Source: an uncultured Microbacteriaceae bacterium (GTDB lineage: Bacteria; Actinomycetota; Actinomycetes; Actinomycetales; Microbacteriaceae). Taken from it: 64,000 nucleotides of DNA. The stretch covers positions 14,033 to 78,032 of the forward strand of contig CALGUV010000149.1 in NCBI GenBank assembly GCA_937920245.1. The letters are read 5' to 3'. Below are positions 39,652-51,714 of this stretch, piece after piece. The translations under genes were made by a program, and so were the position numbers. The notes under the pieces were generated by a model, which did not search any database, was not told the DNA's origin, and was given only the letters and a program-made list of their open reading frames with translations. Each line of letters starts with the position of its first letter. Positions within the stretch are counted from its first letter, which is position 1.

Positions 39652-40721
39652 TTTTCGTAATCTCCGGTTTAGTGCTGGCGGCCCTGTTGATTATTCTGGC
39701 TGCCATTCAGACCACGCTAGAAATTGCTGAAGACGCTCGGGCAGGAGCTTTATCTATTGCCAGGGCGCTGTTATTGAGCGCTTTAGCCGGTTTTTGGCTA
39801 GTTTTTGCCGTGGAAGCTGGCAATCTTGGTTACATTTTGGCTCTAGGCCTGGTCGGACTTTGGCTTACACAGCAGCTACTTGGCCGAATTCTCGGTAGGG
39901 CTAAATTTGCCGAGAAACTATCCAATAACGCAAACGGGCTTGTGACATGGTGGAGCAAATTGGTTGCCCCAATCAGGCTTGTAACTCCTGAGGTGGCCGA
40001 GGAGTATGAACAAGAACTTCTGGACTCGGTTGAAGAGTTTGGCGAGACGGTGGTCCGTGAGGTCATGGTCCCTCGGGTAGACGTGGAAGTAGTTGACAGC
40101 GATGCGTTGCTCGAGGATGCATTGAGCACGTTTATGGCGACTGGGTTTTCGAGGCTGCCAGTTGTGGGGGAGAGCGTCGATGACGTTGTTGGTGTGCTCT
40201 ACCTAAAGGATCTTGCCAGGGTTGTGCATCAAGACCCGGGCCTACTGTCGGTCAAAAAAGCAATTGATGCTTCAAGACAGGCGCTCTTTACTCCAGAATC
40301 CAAGTCGGTTGCGGAGCTGCTTCAAGAGATGCAGCGGGTAAAAACTCAGATCGCAATTGTCGTAGATGAGTATGGCGGGGTTGCTGGGATCGTGACCGTG
40401 GAGGATTTGATTGAGGAGCTCGTTGGTGAAATTGGAGACGAGTACGACCGTGAGGTTGTAGGAATCGAGAAACTCTCCGAAACAACTTTCAGGTGCCAGC
40501 CCAGAACTCCGTTGGATGAAATTGCTGAGATTTTCGAGATTGAGCTTGATGACGATGATGTTGACACAATCGGCGGTCTTCTAGTCAAGGCAATTGGAGC
40601 GCTTCCTGTGGGCGGGGAAACAGTCGAGGTGCAGGGCCTGATGCTAACTGCTGAGCGCGTGGTGGCCAAGAAAGGTCAACTGCTTAGCGTATTAGTTCGT
40701 AAACTCGTGATAGATGAGTGA
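39648..40721 (+). CDS. Hemolysin/CNNM family CBS-CorC protein (shortened N-terminal TM domain)
   Basis: VREVMVPR, GFSRLPV, VDEYGGVAGIVTVEDLIEELVGEI and DTIGG. Confidence 0.9.
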   Translation: MIFVISGLVLAALLIILAAIQTTLEIAEDARAGALSIARALLLSALAGFWLVFAVEAGNLGYILALGLVGLWLTQQLLGRILGRAKFAEKLSNNANGLVTWWSKLVAPIRLVTPEVAEEYEQELLDSVEEFGETVVREVMVPRVDVEVVDSDALLEDALSTFMATGFSRLPVVGESVDDVVGVLYLKDLARVVHQDPGLLSVKKAIDASRQALFTPESKSVAELLQEMQRVKTQIAIVVDEYGGVAGIVTVEDLIEELVGEIGDEYDREVVGIEKLSETTFRCQPRTPLDEIAEIFEIELDDDDVDTIGGLLVKAIGALPVGGETVEVQGLMLTAERVVAKKGQLLSVLVRKLVIDE

Positions 40722-41598
40722 ATTTAGATCAGGGTTTGTAAGCTTCGTGGGCCGACCGAACGTTGGCAAGTCAACGCTCACCAATGCTATTGCGGGCGAA
40801 AAAGTCGCCATTACTAGCTCTAAACCACAAACCACCAGGCGCGCAATTAGGGCAATTAAGACCACGGAGACTGGTCAGCTAATAATGGTTGACACCCCAG
40901 GTCTTCACAGGCCAAGGACACTTCTAGGCCAACGACTAAACGACCTTGTGAGCTCAACTTTGCACGAAGTGGATGTAATTGTCTTTTGCACTCCGGCCAA
41001 CGAGGAAATTGGGCCGGGTGATCGAAAAATTGTTGCGGACATTGCCAAGTACGGTCGTGCCAAGAAAATCGCAATTGTCACCAAGTGCGAAACCGTATCT
41101 AAGCAAAAGCTTGCTCAACACCTAATGGCAGTCTCAGAACTACACGACTGGGAGGAGATTGTTCCGGTTTCAGCAGCAACCATGGAACAGGTTGATCTTC
41201 TAGAGACACTTCTGATTGGCTATTTACCGGTTGGTCCATTGTTCTATGAGAAGGACGTCGTTAGTGAAGAGCCTCTTGAGGATCGGATTTGCGAGCTAGT
41301 TCGAGAAGCGGCACTTGAGTTAGTAAACGATGAACTGCCTCATTCGCTTGCAGTCACGCTGGATGAGATTCTCTACGATTCGAAAAAACCGACCGTTCAC
41401 GTTTCGGTTTGGGTAGAACGCGATTCCCAGAAGGGAATAATTATCGGTAAGGGCGGCTCGATGCTGAAAACTATAGGCCAAAAGGCTAGGCGTGAAATTG
41501 AGGCGCTTATGGACGAGCCTATACACCTGGCAATTCAAGTCAGAATTGCTCAAAACTGGCAAAGAAATGCCAAGCAGCTTGGAAAACTCGGGTTCTAG
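40714..41598 (+). CDS. era: GTPase Era
   Basis: GRPNVGKST, PQTTR, DTPG and KH-domain IIIGKGG. Confidence 0.97.
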   Translation: MSEFRSGFVSFVGRPNVGKSTLTNAIAGEKVAITSSKPQTTRRAIRAIKTTETGQLIMVDTPGLHRPRTLLGQRLNDLVSSTLHEVDVIVFCTPANEEIGPGDRKIVADIAKYGRAKKIAIVTKCETVSKQKLAQHLMAVSELHDWEEIVPVSAATMEQVDLLETLLIGYLPVGPLFYEKDVVSEEPLEDRICELVREAALELVNDELPHSLAVTLDEILYDSKKPTVHVSVWVERDSQKGIIIGKGGSMLKTIGQKARREIEALMDEPIHLAIQVRIAQNWQRNAKQLGKLGF

Positions 41599-41642
41599 CG
41601 CAACTGCTCTTCAAGTGCTAGCCTGAGAACATGAGTTTTAAC

Positions 41643-43475
<1,833 letters not shown>

Positions 43476-43502
43476 ACCCGCAATTATTGCGATACTAGTT
43501 CT

Positions 43503-44225
43503 ATGCCGCATTACCGAGATGAAGCCGTCGTCATCCGAACCCACAAGCTTGGGGAAGTCGATCGCATAGTGACCTTGTTGACAAAAAATCACGGTCAAGT
43601 TCGAGCGGTTGCGAAGGGTGTTAGAAAAACTAGCAGCAGAATCGGTGCAAGGTTGGAGCCGTTTAATGTTGTGGATTTGCAGCTCTACGAAGGCAGAAAC
43701 CTAGACACTGTTTCTCAGGTAGAGCAACTAGCTAACTACGGGTCCGTTATCGTAGCGGACTACGCCAGATACACAGCAGCTAGTGCAGTTGTCGAAGCGG
43801 CCGAGCGCTTCACGCGCGAAGATTCTTCCTCCCAGCACTACATGCTTGTGATTGGTGCCCTCAGGGCTCTTTCACTGAAGGAATACTCCTCTGATCAGAT
43901 CTTGGATTCATACCTTTTGCGAGCATTGGCAATCTCGGGTTGGATTACCAACATTGACCAGTGCCAGGGCTGCGCATCAACCGAGACAGTTTCATTTTCC
44001 GTCCATTCTGGGTCTGTAAGTTGCCAATCTTGCACAATGCCCGGGTCCGTGCGTCTCGGGGTCGATGGAATTTCGCACATTAGCGCGCTGCTAATCGGTG
44101 ATTGGCCAAGCGTTGGTCGCGCTAACTTGGCGACGCGTGCTGCCGTGAGCGGTGTTGTTGCCGGATATTTGCAATGGCAGCTCGAAAGAGGACTTAGATC
44201 CCTGGAGCACGTGGAGCGAAGTTGA
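43503..44225 (+). CDS. recO: DNA repair protein RecO
   Basis: KLGEVDRIVTLLT, VRAVAKGVRK and a CxxC...CxxC Zn finger. Confidence 0.94.
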   Translation: MPHYRDEAVVIRTHKLGEVDRIVTLLTKNHGQVRAVAKGVRKTSSRIGARLEPFNVVDLQLYEGRNLDTVSQVEQLANYGSVIVADYARYTAASAVVEAAERFTREDSSSQHYMLVIGALRALSLKEYSSDQILDSYLLRALAISGWITNIDQCQGCASTETVSFSVHSGSVSCQSCTMPGSVRLGVDGISHISALLIGDWPSVGRANLATRAAVSGVVAGYLQWQLERGLRSLEHVERS

Positions 44226-44980
44226 TAAAACTTAATGACCCTGTAAGAAGCATGCCGTCCTTTAGCGCTGTTCCAAAGCACATCGCTATGGTGATGGACG
44301 GGAATGGCAGGTGGGCCAATGAGCGCGGTCTTACTCGCACTGAGGGTCATAGGGCTGGCGAGGCGTCACTACTTGAGGCGGTCGCGGGCGCGACCAACGC
44401 CGGTGTCGAGAATCTAACGGCCTATGCATTTTCGACGGAGAACTGGAAGCGCTCGACCGAAGAGGTCAAGTTCCTAATGGGCTACAACAAGGATGTATTG
44501 AGGCGACGAAGAGATCTCCTTATGGAATGGAACGTTCGCATTCGTTGGTCTGGATCGGAGCGCAAGCTTTGGCCAAGCGTCGTCCGTGAGCTTCGTATTG
44601 CTGAGGAGATGACCAAGAACAACACAGGCTTGGTCCTAACCATGGCCGTTAATTACGGAGGCAGGCAGGAGATAGTTGCCGCGGTGAACAAGATTCTCCA
44701 AGAGGTCAGCGCTAGTGGTTCAGTTCCCAAATCCATTACAGAGAAGACGATTCAAAAAAGACTTTATGTTCCAGAGCTCCCGGACGTTGACATGTTCTTG
44801 CGCTCGAGCGGAGAGATGCGCACCTCTAACTTCATGCTTTGGCAATCGAGCTATGCGGAGATGATTTTCATGGACGTACTCTGGCCAGATTTCACTCGCG
44901 AGTCGCTGTGGGAGGCCATCGGCGAGTTTGGAAGAAGGCAGCGCCGCTTCGGCGGCGCCTCCGATGCCCCACTAAACTAG
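44222..44980 (+). CDS. uppS: cis-isoprenyl diphosphate synthase (UppS family)
   Basis: MDGNGRWA, AFSTENWKRS, RSSGEMRTSNF and RRFGG. Confidence 0.93.
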   Translation: MIKLNDPVRSMPSFSAVPKHIAMVMDGNGRWANERGLTRTEGHRAGEASLLEAVAGATNAGVENLTAYAFSTENWKRSTEEVKFLMGYNKDVLRRRRDLLMEWNVRIRWSGSERKLWPSVVRELRIAEEMTKNNTGLVLTMAVNYGGRQEIVAAVNKILQEVSASGSVPKSITEKTIQKRLYVPELPDVDMFLRSSGEMRTSNFMLWQSSYAEMIFMDVLWPDFTRESLWEAIGEFGRRQRRFGGASDAPLN

Positions 44981-45019
44981 GGAGTCGCTGGACGTCCAAT
45001 AAATAATCCCCGGAGAATA

Positions 45020-46393
45020 ATGGCCAATCAAAAGCTCGACCAGGTAATTTCGCTCGCAAAACGCAGAGGCTTTGTGTTTCAGGCTGGCGAAATTTACGGT
45101 GGATCGAGATCGGCATGGGACTATGGCCCACTCGGAGTGGAGCTCAAGGAAAACATCAAGCGCCAGTGGTGGCAGTCTGTGGTGTCTGGAAGAGATGACG
45201 TTGTTGGGCTGGATAGTTCAATTATTTTGCCGACGAAGGTTTGGGAATCGTCCGGCCACGTCGAGGCGTTTGTCGATCCATTGATTGAATGCACCAGTTG
45301 TCACAAGCGCTTTCGTCAGGATCATCTGGAAGAGGCCTTTGAGGAAAAGAAGTCCAGGGCTCCCAAATCAATGGCAGAGATTGCCTGCCCAAACTGTGGG
45401 ACAAAGGAATCCTGGACTGAGCCAAAGAGCTTTAACGGCCTTTTGAAGACCTCGCTAGGCCCAGTCGATGATGACACCGGAATGCATTACCTGCGGCCCG
45501 AGACGGCCCAAGGTATTTTCGTGAACTTTAACAACGTTCTAAATGTTTCAAGGATGAAGCCTCCATTTGGAATTGGTCAAATGGGAAAGAGCTTCCGCAA
45601 TGAAATCACTCCGGGTAACTTTATTTTTCGAACTCGTGAGTTTGAGCAGATGGAGATGGAGTTTTTTGTAAAGCCAGGTGAAGATGAAAAATGGCATGAA
45701 TACTGGATCGAACAGCGCCATAACTGGTATCTAGATCTCGGAATCAATCCGGATAACCTTCGACTGTTCGACCACCCGAAGGAAAAGCTGTCTCACTACT
45801 CCAAGCGCACAGTTGATATCGAGTACCGCTTTGGCTTTCAAGGTGGAGAATTTGGTGAACTTGAGGGAATTGCAAACCGAACTGATTTTGACCTAAAAAC
45901 CCACTCGGCTTCGTCCGGTGTTGACTTGAGTTACTTTGATCAAACCGAGGAAAAGCGCTGGACTCCATTCGTCATTGAGCCAGCGGCTGGACTCACTAGG
46001 TCGCTCATGGCATTCATGGTCGATGCATATACAGAGGATGAGGCCCCCAATGCAAAGGGTGGCGTTGACACCAGAACCGTTCTTCGACTCGATTATCGAC
46101 TATCGCCCGTGAAGGCAGCTGTTTTGCCGCTCAGCAGAAACGAAGCGCTAAATCCAATTGCTAAGTCGTTGGCCGCCGAACTTAGAAAAAACTGGAACAT
46201 TGACTTTGATGACTCAGGTGCGATTGGTCGCAGGTATCGCAGACAAGATGAAATTGGCACTCCTTTTTGCATAACGATTGATTTCGAGACAGCCGATGAC
46301 CAGTCCGTGACTATTCGTGAGCGTGATTCAATGGCTCAAGAACGAGTGTCCTTGGACAAGGTTGCAAGCTACCTATTTGAGAGACTCAGCTAG
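45020..46393 (+). CDS. glyQS: Glycine--tRNA ligase (homodimeric type)
   Basis: [30 protein letters not shown] and [12 protein letters not shown]. Confidence 0.96.
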   Translation: MANQKLDQVISLAKRRGFVFQAGEIYGGSRSAWDYGPLGVELKENIKRQWWQSVVSGRDDVVGLDSSIILPTKVWESSGHVEAFVDPLIECTSCHKRFRQDHLEEAFEEKKSRAPKSMAEIACPNCGTKESWTEPKSFNGLLKTSLGPVDDDTGMHYLRPETAQGIFVNFNNVLNVSRMKPPFGIGQMGKSFRNEITPGNFIFRTREFEQMEMEFFVKPGEDEKWHEYWIEQRHNWYLDLGINPDNLRLFDHPKEKLSHYSKRTVDIEYRFGFQGGEFGELEGIANRTDFDLKTHSASSGVDLSYFDQTEEKRWTPFVIEPAAGLTRSLMAFMVDAYTEDEAPNAKGGVDTRTVLRLDYRLSPVKAAVLPLSRNEALNPIAKSLAAELRKNWNIDFDDSGAIGRRYRRQDEIGTPFCITIDFETADDQSVTIRERDSMAQERVSLDKVASYLFERLS

Positions 46394-46397
46394 TTAA

Positions 46398-47552
46398 TTG
46401 GGACTAACCTACGGAACTAAAACCTTTGAGGTGCCAGTCGTACTGGCACCAATGGCTGGTATTACTAACACTGCCTTCAGGAGGCTCTGTCGCGAGTACG
46501 GCAATGGGCTGTTTGTTTCGGAGATGGTTACCTCCAGAGCTCTGGTTGAAAGAACTGAAGAGTCGATGCGCCTGATTGGGCATCACGAGTCCGAGGAATT
46601 TCGGTCGGTCCAGTTGTATGGAGTCGATCCTGCGACAATATCTAGAGCCATTGAGATGCTCGTTCAAGAAGACCGAGCAGATCATATCGACTTGAATTTT
46701 GGTTGCCCGGTTGCAAAGGTCACTCGAAAGGGTGGAGGAGCAGCATTACCTTGGAAATCAGAGCTATTTGAGGCCATTGTTCAAGCGGCTGTTAGGGCAG
46801 CTGGAACAATCCCAGTGACGGTCAAAATGCGCAAAGGTATAGATCAAGATCACCTAACATTTTTGGACGCTGGAAAGGCTGCTCGGGACGCAGGGGTTAC
46901 TGCTGTGGCGCTGCATGGGCGAACGGCGGAGGATTTCTATTCCGGAAGAGCAGACTGGGACGCCATCGCAGAACTTCGAGAGTCATTGCCAGACGTTCAA
47001 GTCCTTGGCAATGGTGACATTTGGTCAGCTCAGGACGCAGTATCAATGATGGATAAAACCGGAGTAGACGGAATTGTGGTTGGCAGAGGATGCCTCGGAA
47101 GGCCGTGGCTGTTTCAGGACCTGGAGCGGGCAATAGCAGGCTACCTAGCTGGCGACAAGAACCCACAAGTAGACGAGGTAATGCCATCACTTGGTGAGGT
47201 GGCCGACGCTTTTTATCGACATGCCGAGCTGCTGACAGAGTTCTTCGATGAAGAAGGTAGGGCGTGCCGAGATATTAGGAAGCACGTTGCCTGGTATTTC
47301 AAGGGCTACCCAGTCGGTGGGGAATTTAGGGCCGATCTTGCAAGAGTCGAGTCATTGCAACAGGCATCCGATCTATTGGGCTCACTAGAGCGAGATACGC
47401 CCTACCCGGGCGAAGAGGCAGAGGGCCCTCGGGGCAGGCTCGGCTCGCTTAAGAAGTGTTCACTGCCGGAAGGGTGGTTGGACTCTCGAGACCTGAACGA
47501 CACTCATCGAGCTCAGCTGGAGTTCGCGGAACTGTCGGTCTCAGGAGGATAA
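46398..47552 (+). CDS. dusB: tRNA dihydrouridine synthase
   Basis: LAPMAG, DLNFGCP, LHGRT and VGRGCLGRPW. Confidence 0.93.
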   Translation: MGLTYGTKTFEVPVVLAPMAGITNTAFRRLCREYGNGLFVSEMVTSRALVERTEESMRLIGHHESEEFRSVQLYGVDPATISRAIEMLVQEDRADHIDLNFGCPVAKVTRKGGGAALPWKSELFEAIVQAAVRAAGTIPVTVKMRKGIDQDHLTFLDAGKAARDAGVTAVALHGRTAEDFYSGRADWDAIAELRESLPDVQVLGNGDIWSAQDAVSMMDKTGVDGIVVGRGCLGRPWLFQDLERAIAGYLAGDKNPQVDEVMPSLGEVADAFYRHAELLTEFFDEEGRACRDIRKHVAWYFKGYPVGGEFRADLARVESLQQASDLLGSLERDTPYPGEEAEGPRGRLGSLKKCSLPEGWLDSRDLNDTHRAQLEFAELSVSGG

Positions 47553-47554
47553 GT

Positions 47555-48808
47555 ATGGTTGCCAAGGCAGAAAGCGGCTATGACCCTCGAGATCTCGAGC
47601 GTTTTGTGGGCCAACCCGGGTCTCAGATGGAGGGTCGCGGAGAGTTTGCGCGCGATCGAGCAAGAGTTTTGCACTCGGCAGCGTTTCGGAAGCTGAGCGC
47701 TAAGACTCAGGTTCTTTCCCCAAGCTCTGGGGACTTTGCAAGAACAAGACTTACTCATTCGCTTGAGGTTGCTCAGGTTGGTAGGGAGCTGGCAACAGCC
47801 CTGGGAGTGAACCCGGATCTAGTGGACATGGGCTGCCTAGCTCATGATCTTGGACATCCACCCTTTGGCCATAACGGCGAGTCGGCTCTGAACTTTTGGG
47901 CCGCCGACATTGGGGGCTTTGAGGGGAACGCTCAAACATTCAGGATTCTAACGAGGCTTGAACCAAAAATTTATGACGATAGTGGCATATCAAGAGGCTT
48001 GAATCTAACGAGAGCCTCCTTGGATGCGGCGACTAAGTATCCCTGGCCACTGTCCAGAGCAGCCGGGTTCGACAACGTTACAAAATTTGGTGTCTATGAC
48101 GACGACGTAGAGGTCTTCGATTGGATGAGGCAGCAAGCTCCCGAAGGCGTCAAGTGCGTTGAAGCTCAAATTATGGACTTTGCTGACGATGTCGCTTACT
48201 CAGTTCATGACTTCGAGGATTCGATAGTGGAGGGGTTCGTGAATCCAGCGTCGATTTCGGCTGTCAAGTCAAACGACGCCCTAATTGAGGACATAGGCAA
48301 GTGGTCTGGGGGGACTTATTCGGAAGCAGAACTAGAGGAAGCTCTCTTGTCATTGCAATCCTCCAGCCATTGGCTGAGGAAATTTGATGGATCGCCCAGA
48401 CATTTGGCTAGTCTAAAAAATCTAGCCAGTGATCTCATAGGATCGTTTGTGTCCAGAACCACCGGTGCAGTTTTGGAAGAGTCTAAAAAGGGCTCGTTGA
48501 GTCGTTTTAGTGCCGGGGTAGAGGTCCCGAGCCGCGTTAGAAGCGAGATTGCTGTGTTGAAGGGCATTGTTGCCTCATCGGTCATGACAGAAGATTCCCG
48601 CCAGGCATACTATGAGGACCAGCGAACTTTGCTTGTGGAGCTTGCCGAAACCTTGCTAGCCAAGAACGGAGCGGGACTCGACTCGACCGGTTCCGAGGCA
48701 TGGATAGCGGCAAAAGGCCACAAGGCTCAGAAACGAGTTATCGTCGATTACGTTGCATCTCTTACTGACCCTGCAGCGGTCGCTCTTCACCGCAACACAA
48801 GAGCATAG
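47555..48808 (+). CDS. dgt: dGTP triphosphohydrolase (HD family)
   Basis: KTQV, RTRLTHSLEVAQ, LAHDLGHPPFGH and GFEGNAQ; GGAGGA SD before ATG 47555. Confidence 0.94.
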   Translation: MVAKAESGYDPRDLERFVGQPGSQMEGRGEFARDRARVLHSAAFRKLSAKTQVLSPSSGDFARTRLTHSLEVAQVGRELATALGVNPDLVDMGCLAHDLGHPPFGHNGESALNFWAADIGGFEGNAQTFRILTRLEPKIYDDSGISRGLNLTRASLDAATKYPWPLSRAAGFDNVTKFGVYDDDVEVFDWMRQQAPEGVKCVEAQIMDFADDVAYSVHDFEDSIVEGFVNPASISAVKSNDALIEDIGKWSGGTYSEAELEEALLSLQSSSHWLRKFDGSPRHLASLKNLASDLIGSFVSRTTGAVLEESKKGSLSRFSAGVEVPSRVRSEIAVLKGIVASSVMTEDSRQAYYEDQRTLLVELAETLLAKNGAGLDSTGSEAWIAAKGHKAQKRVIVDYVASLTDPAAVALHRNTRA

Positions 48809-48817
48809 GATTCATCT

Positions 48818-50635
48818 ATGGCTGGTCGAGTATCCCAAGGGGACATTGAGGAGCTAAAAGAGCGCGCTGACATTGTGGAGATTGTTGGTGGCTACGTATC
48901 CCTAAAGGCGGCAAGTTCCGGTTCTTTCAAGGGTTTGTGTCCATTTCACGATGAGAAATCACCCAGTTTTAACGTTCGAGCTAATCCTGCGTTCTATCAC
49001 TGCTTTGGCTGTGGAGTTGGTGGCGATGTTTACAAGTTCATTCAAGAGATCGAGTCGGTTAGCTTTTCCGATGCGGTGCAGCGGTTGGCGGACAAGGTCG
49101 GCTATCAGCTGAAGTTTGAGGAGGGAACCGACGAGGGCTCGTCAAGGTCCAGGTTGCTGGCCCTAAACAAATTCGCGTCGGATTACTACCAAGGACAATT
49201 GCAATCGAGCGAAGGCCAGACTGCTCAAGACTTTCTGTTGTCTCGCGGATTTGAATTGGAAAGCTTTGCAACTTTCGGAATCGGCTATGCCCCGAAGGGC
49301 TGGCAAAACCTGATAGATGCGGCGACGGCTGCCGGTTACCAAATGCAGGAACTTGTCTTAGCCGGCTTGGCGATGGAGAGTGACAAGGGCGGCTATGACC
49401 GCTTTCGCGGGCGAGTGTTGTGGCCGATCCGAGACGCAAACTCGCAAGTGCTTGGGTTTGGTGCCAGGAAACTCTACGATGACGACCAGGGTCCGAAATA
49501 CCTAAACACTCCTGAGACCCCCGTGTATCACAAGTCGAGCGTCCTTTATGGTCTTGATTTGGCTCGAAAAGCCATCGTCAAGTCAAGGCAGATCGTTGTT
49601 GTCGAGGGGTATACCGATGTCATGGCCTGTCACTTAGCCGGCGTGGAGACTGCTGTCGCGACTTGTGGCACTGCCTTTGGCGAAGAGCACATTCGCATAA
49701 TCAATCGTTTATTGGGTCAAACAAATGATCCGGCCGAGGTGATTTTCACTTTTGATCCGGATGCCGCAGGTGAGAAGGCTGCCCTTCGAGTTTATGGTGA
49801 TAGCTCGAAGTTCAATGCCCTGACCTTTGTCGCGAGCGGGCCTGATGGTCTTGACCCCGCGGACCTTCGACAGAAAATGGGCGACGGGGCAATATCGAAA
49901 ATGCTCGAATCCAAAAAGCCTTTATTTGAGTTCGTTATTCGCCATCGAATTAGCCAGTTTTCTTTAGCTGATCTTGATTCTCGGGTCGCGGCGGCAAGAG
50001 CGGCAGCGCCAGTTGTTGCTGAGATTACTGATTCCGCGCTCAAGACCGGCTACATAAAGGCGCTGGCGGATTGGGTGTCTCTTGACTCTTCTGAAGTAGA
50101 GCAAATGGTTCGAGCCGGTGTTACCAGACAGGTTCAGCAGCGGGTAGAACCGATGAGACAGACCGGAAGTGCTTCTCCCGAGGTGGTCACTCCTCAGGCT
50201 CGAATGGAGAGACAAATACTTGAAGTCCTGGTGCAGGCACCCGGTGCCTTTAGTGCGGATCAACTTCTTCGGATGTTGGCTTCGGGTTTTTCCGTTGCCC
50301 AGCATCATCGAATTCTCGAGGTGGCGAACTTGAACTCTATGCATTTAGCCGAGGATGGCTTCGCCAATCTGTTGGCTACGCAAGTTTTGCCAGAGGATTT
50401 GGACGTTGTTCGGTCTCTGGCTCTTGCTAATCTTCCTGTCGCTAACGAGGCGGAGCTAACTAAATACGCGGCTGGTGTCGTAAGGACAGCGATGCTCAAC
50501 ACTTTGGCGCGAGAGAAAGTCGACTTAATGGCAGCGTTGAGGCGTATCGACTCGACAGCAAGTCCAGAACAGCTTGCCCAAGTCCAGCAAGAATTGATGG
50601 CGTTGGAATCAGAACGTCGTGAGTTGATGAAATAG
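48818..50635 (+). CDS. dnaG: DNA primase
   Basis: CPFHDEKSPS...CFGC Zn finger, KYLNTPET, VEGYTDV and FDPD (TOPRIM). Confidence 0.97.
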   Translation: MAGRVSQGDIEELKERADIVEIVGGYVSLKAASSGSFKGLCPFHDEKSPSFNVRANPAFYHCFGCGVGGDVYKFIQEIESVSFSDAVQRLADKVGYQLKFEEGTDEGSSRSRLLALNKFASDYYQGQLQSSEGQTAQDFLLSRGFELESFATFGIGYAPKGWQNLIDAATAAGYQMQELVLAGLAMESDKGGYDRFRGRVLWPIRDANSQVLGFGARKLYDDDQGPKYLNTPETPVYHKSSVLYGLDLARKAIVKSRQIVVVEGYTDVMACHLAGVETAVATCGTAFGEEHIRIINRLLGQTNDPAEVIFTFDPDAAGEKAALRVYGDSSKFNALTFVASGPDGLDPADLRQKMGDGAISKMLESKKPLFEFVIRHRISQFSLADLDSRVAAARAAAPVVAEITDSALKTGYIKALADWVSLDSSEVEQMVRAGVTRQVQQRVEPMRQTGSASPEVVTPQARMERQILEVLVQAPGAFSADQLLRMLASGFSVAQHHRILEVANLNSMHLAEDGFANLLATQVLPEDLDVVRSLALANLPVANEAELTKYAAGVVRTAMLNTLAREKVDLMAALRRIDSTASPEQLAQVQQELMALESERRELMK

Positions 50636-50678
50636 CTCGCGAATCTGCTAATGTTGTGCCGTGTCTCTAGGGATGCAT

Positions 50679-50754
50679 TCCTCGGTAGCTCAATTGGCAG
50701 AGCAATCGACTGTTAATCGATAGGTTCTTGGTTCGAGTCCAAGCCGAGGAGCCA
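50679..50754 (+). tRNA. tRNA-Asn (GTT)
   Basis: Acceptor TCCTCGG/CCGAGGA; anticodon arm ATCGA-CTGTTAA-TCGAT; CCA encoded. Confidence 0.97.
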
Positions 50755-50773
50755 CAGTTTTCCTGGAGACGGC

Positions 50774-51418
50774 ATGAGCAGGCAAGTAATTTCCACCTCA
50801 CTGTCCGTGGGCCTTGCCACTGGCCTTTACGGGGTTTCATTTGGGGCCATTGGGTCTGCCGCTGGCCTATCAGTTCCTGCCGTCATGTTGCTCAGCCTCT
50901 TGATGTTTTCGGGCGCGAGTCAATTTGCATTTGTAGGAATTGTTGCCGCTGGGGGAGCTCCAATCACAGCAATCTCTTCGGCTTGGCTAATGGGTGTCCG
51001 AAACTCCTTCTATGGCCTGCGACTCAACACCGTAATTGGTCCAAGAGGCCTATGGCGCATGCTGGCAGCCCATTTGACCATTGATGAGTCCAATGCTGTT
51101 TCCGCGGCCCAGGAAGGTCTGCGAGATCAAAAACTTGGCTTCTGGCTGACCGGTGGTGCTGTGTTCGTTTTTTGGAACACAGCAACTCTGCTGGGAGCCT
51201 TGGCCGGAAACCTCTTTGGGTCAGTTGAAGCTTGGGGTCTTGATGGCGCTGCTGCTGCTGCGTTTCTGGGACTGCTATGGCCTAGATTAAAAAATAACTT
51301 GGCCTTGGCCGGCATCGGCGCATTAGTTGCACTGGTCGCAATTCCCCTCACACCAGCCGGTGTTCCGGTGTTATTGGCCGCTGTTGTTGCTTTGCTCCCG
51401 ATAGGGGGCAAAAAATGA
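50774..51418 (+). CDS. azlC: AzlC family branched-chain amino acid exporter, large subunit
   Basis: MFSGASQF and LTIDES motifs in a multi-TM protein. Confidence 0.85.
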   Translation: MSRQVISTSLSVGLATGLYGVSFGAIGSAAGLSVPAVMLLSLLMFSGASQFAFVGIVAAGGAPITAISSAWLMGVRNSFYGLRLNTVIGPRGLWRMLAAHLTIDESNAVSAAQEGLRDQKLGFWLTGGAVFVFWNTATLLGALAGNLFGSVEAWGLDGAAAAAFLGLLWPRLKNNLALAGIGALVALVAIPLTPAGVPVLLAAVVALLPIGGKK

Positions 51419-51714
51419 TCAGTACGGTGATTTTTGCATCGTTAGCGGTCTACAGCTGGAAAATTTTAGGCTTCTTGATTCCCGACCGTCTTATTGGGGA
51501 GCGTGGAAGGCTGATTGCCGAGCGCATGACGGTTTCTTTGCTTGCAGCGCTTGTCATGCTTCAGGGGTTTTCGACTCAGAGCGATCTGGTTCTTGATGCA
51601 CGAGCAGCTTCCCTGGTTGTTGCTGGGGCGCTTTTAGCTCTTAGGGTTCCCTATATTTTTGTTGTGCTAGCCGGGGCGCTTGTGGCTGCCGGGGTAAGGC
51701 TTTTAGGGCTCTAG
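51415..51714 (+). CDS. azlD: AzlD-domain membrane protein
   Basis: Small hydrophobic protein coupled to azlC by an ATGA overlap. Confidence 0.75.
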   Translation: MISTVIFASLAVYSWKILGFLIPDRLIGERGRLIAERMTVSLLAALVMLQGFSTQSDLVLDARAASLVVAGALLALRVPYIFVVLAGALVAAGVRLLGL

